A stretch of DNA of 64,000 bases from an archaeon. Its GTDB lineage: Archaea; Nanobdellota; Nanobdellia; Pacearchaeales; GW2011-AR1. The notes under the pieces are model-generated. The model searched no databases. It worked only from the letters and a program-made list of their open reading frames with translations, and had not been told where the DNA came from. The first letter of the stretch is position 1. Every line of letters begins with the position of its first letter. The stretch lies in assembly GCA_043822125.1 (NCBI GenBank), contig JBDRCB010000006.1, positions 123,520 to 187,519 of the forward strand. Reading direction: 5' to 3'. Positions 58,400-64,000 of the stretch are shown here, in pieces. A program made the translations under genes and the position numbers.

Positions 58400-58996
58400 T
58401 TAAGTCCCACACACCTGTCCTGTTTCCACCCCTTTAAAATATATTTTATTAACATAATCACCACTCGGCTGTGCTGCAGGAATATCAAGCCAGAACCTGT
58501 AAAATGCTGCATATCCTTCTTCTATACTTCCTCCTGCCTTCACATAATCTGTTGTTAATGAAACTTCACTTCCCACTGCAGGGAATGAAATATTAGTATT
58601 AGTTGAATTAGCATAAGTTTCATTATCTAAACCAATAACATCTAAGTCAGGACTGGTTAAACTTGCATTTGCTTTTATGCAAAAATCAACATTTGTGTTG
58701 CTATCAGTTGAAACATTTATGAACATACTCGTTTCAGTTTCAGATTCGTTCCCGTCAAAATTATGAGTTGAATTAATGTTTGTGGCTGGAAGAGTTGAAA
58801 CAGAGCCAAAAGGAATTCCAGAACTCAGGTTTGTGCTTAACTCAATTGAAAGAAATTTTGAAATTGTAACATTAGAATCCGCTGTTCCAGAAGTTGCATG
58901 CCCTGTAATAGAACTGAAATTCTGGAGAACAAGGAGTATAATGCAGGCGAGTATGATAATAATTAAAATTAAATTATACCAGCTCTTTTTTTTCAT
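58400..58996 (-). CDS. Secreted single-domain beta-sandwich protein (putative fibre subunit)
   Basis: Signal/TM followed by ITGHA; ends LDIPAAQPSGDYVNKIYFKGV. Confidence 0.7.
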   Translation of the reverse strand: MKKKSWYNLILIIIILACIILLVLQNFSSITGHATSGTADSNVTISKFLSIELSTNLSSGIPFGSVSTLPATNINSTHNFDGNESETETSMFINVSTDSNTNVDFCIKANASLTSPDLDVIGLDNETYANSTNTNISFPAVGSEVSLTTDYVKAGGSIEEGYAAFYRFWLDIPAAQPSGDYVNKIYFKGVETGQVCGT

Positions 58997-59031
58997 ATCC
59001 TTATAGAGTAATCACTTTTATAAATATTTCT

Positions 59032-60588
59032 CTATAAAGGTGATTGTCCTTCTCTAACTGCCTTAAATTCAAGAGAATTATAATACACTCCAGCAGGCTG
59101 TGCAGAAGGGGCACTTAAGTAAAATTTCAGAAAAACTTGGGCTCCGTCAGAAAGAGAATTTCCAATCAAAAAATAATTTGTAGTCAAAGTAAGATTAATT
59201 GATTCTGCGAGAGTGTTGTCAGTAGTATTATATGAAAAAGTTTCATTGCTTAAACCTAAAACATCTAAATCCTCTGTCATTAAATCTCCGTCTGCTTTAA
59301 TGTATAAATCAACTTTTGTGTTTACTGCTGAAATATTAACATAATAATCTGTTGCTCCGTCGTCGTTGTTTCCTTCTGCAGACATGTTGTAAACAGGAAG
59401 CGACACAAGACTCCATTTTATTGTCTGATGCAATTCGTCTGAAAATTCTATTGAGATTGCAGCCTCGTCAGAAATGTAAAAAGTCACATTAGTAAAATTA
59501 AAATTATTATTTGTATCATTGCAGACAAACTCAGCAAAATGAGAGCCAGGAGTCATTGAAATATTTTGCTCCCAAAAATAAGTGTCATTTAATTTTGTCA
59601 TTGTTATATTTTCAGCACTATCTAAACTATATGAGCACCAGCTTCCTTCCTCATTCAGCGAAACATTAAAATCAATATCAAGTGTGTCGTAAGTGTCATT
59701 CAACGGGCTGATTATTGTAATAAACGGCGGTGTTGTATCAACTACTTCAAAGCTGTCTGACGCAGAATCACTATTTCCAGAAGTGTCATTTGCCCACAAA
59801 TAGATATTATATATTCCCAATACAGTTAAGTTATTTTCACCTAAATCTATCTCCCCTATATCTAAAGAAGATTCATAAAGCAAAGTTCCATTCGGGAAAG
59901 TTACATTAAAAATAATTGTATCAACCCCCTCATTGTCTGTAGCACTCCAGTTTATATTTATTGACTCATAAATATATTCTATTTCTGTGTCATTTTTTCC
60001 TATGCTTAAAACAGGATTTGTACTGTCTATGATTGTCAGTAAACTTGAATTGCCCCATCCACTGTATAATTCTCCGTCATATAATCTTACAGAGCAAATC
60101 CATACATCGCCCAAAGACAGATTTCCTGACGATAAAACTGCTCCAAAATTAATTCCACTAGCATAACTGCTGTTATAGTCAACTGTGAAATTCAAAATGT
60201 CATCCTTAAACCACCGCACAGTTATGTTCAGAACATCACCGTCACTGTCTGTGATTACTGCTGAACAATTTAAGTCGGCATCAGATTCATTTGAGCTGTC
60301 CACAGAAACCAAACTCGGCAATGGAGTAGTTGGTGCATGGTTTGTAATTCCTGCTGCACCGAAAAAAAATCCAAGATAATTCTGGTAAGAAACTGAAGAG
60401 ATATTCCCTGAAATCGTCCCTGTCATAACATGTGTAAAATAATTAGAAGAACTAATATTATCTCCTCCACTCGCTTCAACAACATCAGTAGCATAAGTCT
60501 CACTGCTCGTCGACGCTGCACTCACAGATAAAAATAAAAACATAAATGCAAAAATCAAAATTATAATGTTTCCAACTCCTCTTTTCAT
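59032..60588 (-). CDS. Secreted multi-Ig protein whose C-terminal domain is paralogous to 58400-58996
   Basis: DSTNP/DTTPP Ig repeats; ends LSAPSAQPAGVYYNSLEFKAV. Confidence 0.75.
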   Translation of the reverse strand: MKRGVGNIIILIFAFMFLFLSVSAASTSSETYATDVVEASGGDNISSSNYFTHVMTGTISGNISSVSYQNYLGFFFGAAGITNHAPTTPLPSLVSVDSSNESDADLNCSAVITDSDGDVLNITVRWFKDDILNFTVDYNSSYASGINFGAVLSSGNLSLGDVWICSVRLYDGELYSGWGNSSLLTIIDSTNPVLSIGKNDTEIEYIYESININWSATDNEGVDTIIFNVTFPNGTLLYESSLDIGEIDLGENNLTVLGIYNIYLWANDTSGNSDSASDSFEVVDTTPPFITIISPLNDTYDTLDIDFNVSLNEEGSWCSYSLDSAENITMTKLNDTYFWEQNISMTPGSHFAEFVCNDTNNNFNFTNVTFYISDEAAISIEFSDELHQTIKWSLVSLPVYNMSAEGNNDDGATDYYVNISAVNTKVDLYIKADGDLMTEDLDVLGLSNETFSYNTTDNTLAESINLTLTTNYFLIGNSLSDGAQVFLKFYLSAPSAQPAGVYYNSLEFKAVREGQSPL

Positions 60589-60641
60589 AAAATTAACAGA
60601 CAAAAAGAATTATTAAATGTTTTCTAGAGGATTATATTGTA

Positions 60642-60673
60642 AGAAGTTTAATATTTAACTGCTTTTTCGAGGG
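60642..60673 (+). repeat. Direct repeat, copy 1, flanking the MNT-HEPN cassette
   Basis: 29/32 identical to 61741-61772, including 19-bp perfect ttaactgctttttcgaggg. Confidence 0.8.
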
Positions 60674-60697
60674 GGTTAGGTTTTCTGTTTAAAAAAT

Positions 60698-61135
60698 CTA
60701 TTTTGTTGCCAATTTTCTATAGATTTTATCTAAAAACTGCAAGACTTTTCTTGCATAGTCTTCATCAAAAGATTTTCCATAATAGACTATTCCATTTCTA
60801 AAATATCTTAATTGATTTGCAAATTGCACTTCTGCCTCTGAAAAGCTTAATTTTCTAAGACAAGATATTTCTGCTTCATGCGCTCCTTCTCCTGAAGATT
60901 TAAATCCGTCTAATATCATTTTCGCCCTTATCAGTTCCATAATAATATCATAAGAATTTTTAATTATATAATTAGCATTTGAATCATCCACCTTAATCTC
61001 CTTGATTATTTTTGTAAGTACTTTATAAGAATTTTTTGATTCTTCAATAAGAGATGTTGCTCTTGATTTATCTGGAGATTGCTTTCTTATTATCCCTTCA
61101 TTTACAAATTCATCAAAATTTCTTAAAGGTCTCAT
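60698..61135 (-). CDS. HEPN-domain protein (MNT-HEPN TA toxin-like)
   Basis: GAHEAE; RNGIVYYG; ATGA-coupled to the MNT gene. Confidence 0.8.
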   Translation of the reverse strand: MRPLRNFDEFVNEGIIRKQSPDKSRATSLIEESKNSYKVLTKIIKEIKVDDSNANYIIKNSYDIIMELIRAKMILDGFKSSGEGAHEAEISCLRKLSFSEAEVQFANQLRYFRNGIVYYGKSFDEDYARKVLQFLDKIYRKLATK

Positions 61136-61677
61136 AATTCAATCCCTCCTGCAAGAAGTATTCCAGAAAGAATATTTTCTTTTAATTCTTTTTTGATATC
61201 TTTGAAAGAGAGGTAAAAATTCAAAGATATTCTTCTTTCTAATAATTTATCAAATTTGCTTAAATTAATTTCTTTTTCTTTTGAATTGATTATCGCAATA
61301 TCAATATCAGAAGTTTCTATATCCTCTCCTAAAGAATAAGAGCCAAACAGAATAATTGTAGCTCCGGGAAAAAACTCTTCTAAAAACTCAACTAATCCAG
61401 ATTCATAAATCAACTTTAAATTTTCAGCTCTTTTTAGCCCAATTATTTTAGGATTTTCCCTATTTAATCTAACAGAGAATAAATTCATTAATTTTTCTCT
61501 TTTTATCTTAATAATATCCTCTTTTTCAAGCAAAGGCAGTGCTTTGCTAACTGCAGTAGGTGAAACTTTTAATATTTTTGCAATTCCTCTTTGATTTAAT
61601 AAAGCTCCTGCTTTTATACAAAAAAGCCTGAAAATCTCATTTTGTAATTTTGTAAATTTTAGTTTATACATATTCAT
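61132..61677 (-). CDS. HTH-fused minimal nucleotidyltransferase (MNT antitoxin)
   Basis: QRGIAKILKVSPTAVSKAL HTH; LFGSYSLGED...SDIDI. Confidence 0.88.
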   Translation of the reverse strand: MNMYKLKFTKLQNEIFRLFCIKAGALLNQRGIAKILKVSPTAVSKALPLLEKEDIIKIKREKLMNLFSVRLNRENPKIIGLKRAENLKLIYESGLVEFLEEFFPGATIILFGSYSLGEDIETSDIDIAIINSKEKEINLSKFDKLLERRISLNFYLSFKDIKKELKENILSGILLAGGIEL

Positions 61678-61740
61678 TTTAGTTTATACATATAAATTAA
61701 AGTTTATAAGTCTTTCCAGAATTATTTTTTATGTCTCCCT

Positions 61741-61772
61741 AGAAGTCTAGTAATTAACTGCTTTTTCGAGGG
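61741..61772 (+). repeat. Direct repeat, copy 2, flanking the MNT-HEPN cassette
   Basis: Matches 60642-60673. Confidence 0.8.
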
Positions 61773-61853
61773 TTGTTAACAATCATAGAAGGAAGTCTCT
61801 TCTTGAGATTTTCTTAGACTATAACTCTCTTTTTTTGTTGAGGTTTATTGAAA

Positions 61854-63272
61854 TTAATTAAAATCTTGTTTAGAATCATAAAAAACCTTCAATAAAACCA
61901 TAGATTCTAAACCATTTCCTTTCCCTAATATCCTTTGTTGTAACATATCATCTTGAGAGTAATTATTTTTAAAAGAGAGTATTACTCTATTACTCAAATT
62001 AATATTTGCATCTAGCCCAATAGAGCCACCCCCATTACTATTAAGTGCTACAGAAGGTTTAAGAGAAACCCTATCATTTAAACGCACATTTTTTCCTGAA
62101 ATTTCAATCCTACAAGTATCTTCTTCTCCAGCCCCTATTATATAATTTGCAGGAAACCCGAAACTAACAGAAAATCTTTTGTTTGCATCCTTAGGATTTG
62201 CTATTACAGTTGCATTATACCACCCACCTTTATCAGTAAGATAATATGCGATGTTAGGAAAGGTATATTCATTATTATTTATCTTAAATGTGCTTAATTC
62301 ATTTGATTTTTCTCCTCCAATTAAATAATTAGCAATTGTCCAAATACTATCCCATGTCGCAACTGAAAAAATATCTGCAAAAAGTGCTTGTTTTAAGTGA
62401 TCTTCTTTTGAAAATTTAATTCCCTTTTTATTTAGCAATCTTACAAATTCTTCAACATCATCAAGTTGTTTAGGCTCTTGAGAAAATAAATTATAAGGAG
62501 TATTTTTTCTAGATAATAAAAATGAATTTGCTTCATAAGGACTAATCTCTGTATCCCAATTTTTAAATAAATTCTCTAAATCAAAACTATCCATTATTAA
62601 CCCCGCTTTTCTCTCATCTAAAAGTTGCTTATCAGTAGGAACATATCTAAAACGTTTTTTAAAATTTTTTGATAAAGAAAGAGGATCTTTTAAGTTAAAT
62701 GTCCATGAGTAATTTCCTCCTCTTTTACCTGCTTCACCATGTGCAAATTCATGGGAGAGTATTTCATTCCCCATAGAAAGATAAGCTAGACTTGAAAATT
62801 TAGCTAATCTCCCAAAGAAAGTTTCATCTAAAAATTTTAGCTTCTCTGATTCTCCTATAGAATCAATTAACCTAACTCCATTATACCACCAATTAGAATT
62901 TGCATCTGAGCTATCAAGAGGAAGCCTAGGATCAAGGGTAATTACATTTTCATTATATTTTTTAGGAGGTGATGGTTTTTTAGAAGACAAAGGAACCTGA
63001 GTTCCCACAAGGTTTTGTAATAGTTTAATTTGTGGCGCAACATCCACCTGCTCTGTCCTAACATTAGCATTCTGCCCAAAATAAATTGGCTCTTCAGCTT
63101 TTGCTACAAGAGGCGATAACATTAATCCGGTAATAGGAATTCCATAAGCTATATATTTCCCAGCTCTTTTTAATCCAGAATAAGCTCTTCCCACCAAAGA
63201 AGTTTTTGTTTCATTTAGAAGAGTTTCATTTTCTCCTTGTTCATAATCTATCTCTGTTAATAAATTTGACAT
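61854..63272 (-). CDS. Secreted/membrane hypothetical protein with HExxH motif and beta-rich C-terminus
   Basis: SHEFAHG; amphipathic beta-strands at the C-terminus. Confidence 0.65.
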   Translation of the reverse strand: MSNLLTEIDYEQGENETLLNETKTSLVGRAYSGLKRAGKYIAYGIPITGLMLSPLVAKAEEPIYFGQNANVRTEQVDVAPQIKLLQNLVGTQVPLSSKKPSPPKKYNENVITLDPRLPLDSSDANSNWWYNGVRLIDSIGESEKLKFLDETFFGRLAKFSSLAYLSMGNEILSHEFAHGEAGKRGGNYSWTFNLKDPLSLSKNFKKRFRYVPTDKQLLDERKAGLIMDSFDLENLFKNWDTEISPYEANSFLLSRKNTPYNLFSQEPKQLDDVEEFVRLLNKKGIKFSKEDHLKQALFADIFSVATWDSIWTIANYLIGGEKSNELSTFKINNNEYTFPNIAYYLTDKGGWYNATVIANPKDANKRFSVSFGFPANYIIGAGEEDTCRIEISGKNVRLNDRVSLKPSVALNSNGGGSIGLDANINLSNRVILSFKNNYSQDDMLQQRILGKGNGLESMVLLKVFYDSKQDFN

Positions 63273-63353
63273 AATCAAAATCAATTAAAAGACTATATAA
63301 ATATTTCTATTCTAAAGTAGTTACATCTTTACTTTAGATTAAATAAAAAGATA

Positions 63354-64000
63354 TTAAAATTTGGTTTTACATAAAGAATCTTCAGGATGATAATTGCATA
63401 TCGTCTCTTTCAATAATTCTATTTCTTTCCCCTGAGTATTAATTGTCTGATTCATCTGCTCATTCTGAGCAGATAATTCTTGTATAGCTTTTATTCCTGC
63501 TGTTCTCCATATATACTCATAACTTACTCCTTTCATCCCATCATTTTTAGTATCTTCAGGGTTATTAGAATCTGCTTCATATGTGCTAACTGCTAATGCT
63601 AATTCAGGTATTTTTTCAACTTCCTGAGCAGACAAACCAATTATTTTTGGTCCATCTGGATTATCTTTCTTATTGTATTCAATTACATCTAACTGATTTA
63701 TTATATCTATACCACTATAACTTACACTTTCAATATTTGTTTTTAATCTAATATCAGAAGAATCTGCGCAAGCAAAAGCACCAGCAACATTTCTACAATA
63801 ACCAACTTGAGTTCCATCTCCATCTACAAAATTAATATAATATGTTGTTCCTGAACCATCATCTGCACCAGCAGCCAATAGAATACCATAACGATTTTGA
63901 TTATTCCCGTCATTTGAAAGCGTCACCAAGTAATTTCCAACATTCCCATATACATATAACTTATAGAATGAAGAAGGACTCGTCCCAATTCCAACATTGC
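63354..64000 (-). CDS. Tail-fibre-like protein with C-terminal peptidase S74 intramolecular chaperone (5' end truncated by window)
   Basis: Frame is open to the window edge (NVGIGTSP...); SSDIRLKTNI; GLSAQEV; KAIQEL coiled coil. Confidence 0.88.
   Translation of the reverse strand, partial: NVGIGTSPSSFYKLYVYGNVGNYLVTLSNDGNNQNRYGILLAAGADDGSGTTYYINFVDGDGTQVGYCRNVAGAFACADSSDIRLKTNIESVSYSGIDIINQLDVIEYNKKDNPDGPKIIGLSAQEVEKIPELALAVSTYEADSNNPEDTKNDGMKGVSYEYIWRTAGIKAIQELSAQNEQMNQTINTQGKEIELLKETICNYHPEDSLCKTKF

Overview
AT-rich archaeal chromosome segment, most consistent with a DPANN lineage (Pacearchaeota/Woesearchaeota-like). That placement is inferred from aIF5B, aIF2-gamma, S6e/S28e/L24e/L7Ae, Kae1, short leaderless genes and a bacterial-type gyrase. 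Housekeeping blocks alternate with accessory tracts. The clearest novelty is a 9,041-bp IS5-family (IS903-like) cargo transposon at 22440-31480, with perfect 17-bp TIRs and a 9-bp TSD. It has one central SWIM-finger DDE transposase and carries a fused REase-MTase plus S subunit, a DUF2779-like nuclease, a wHTH gene paired with a TGT-like enzyme, and an AbrB/HEPN pair. It sits at an apparently reused site just upstream of the rpsJ promoter, and a shared TCGGTACCA motif lies in both of its divergent promoter regions. Other highlights: an array of surface-protein genes separated by progressively decayed copies of the tRNA-Asp 3' end; an unexplained ~220-nt structured RNA directly before a Lys-rich peptide; two microproteins inside the gyrB-gyrA operon; a Cc1-like chromatin protein with an H1-like tail; a putative fibre/WxL-like surface operon; and a direct-repeat-flanked MNT-HEPN cassette. 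No CRISPR array or rRNA was seen. All family calls come from motif recognition by eye, not database searches.
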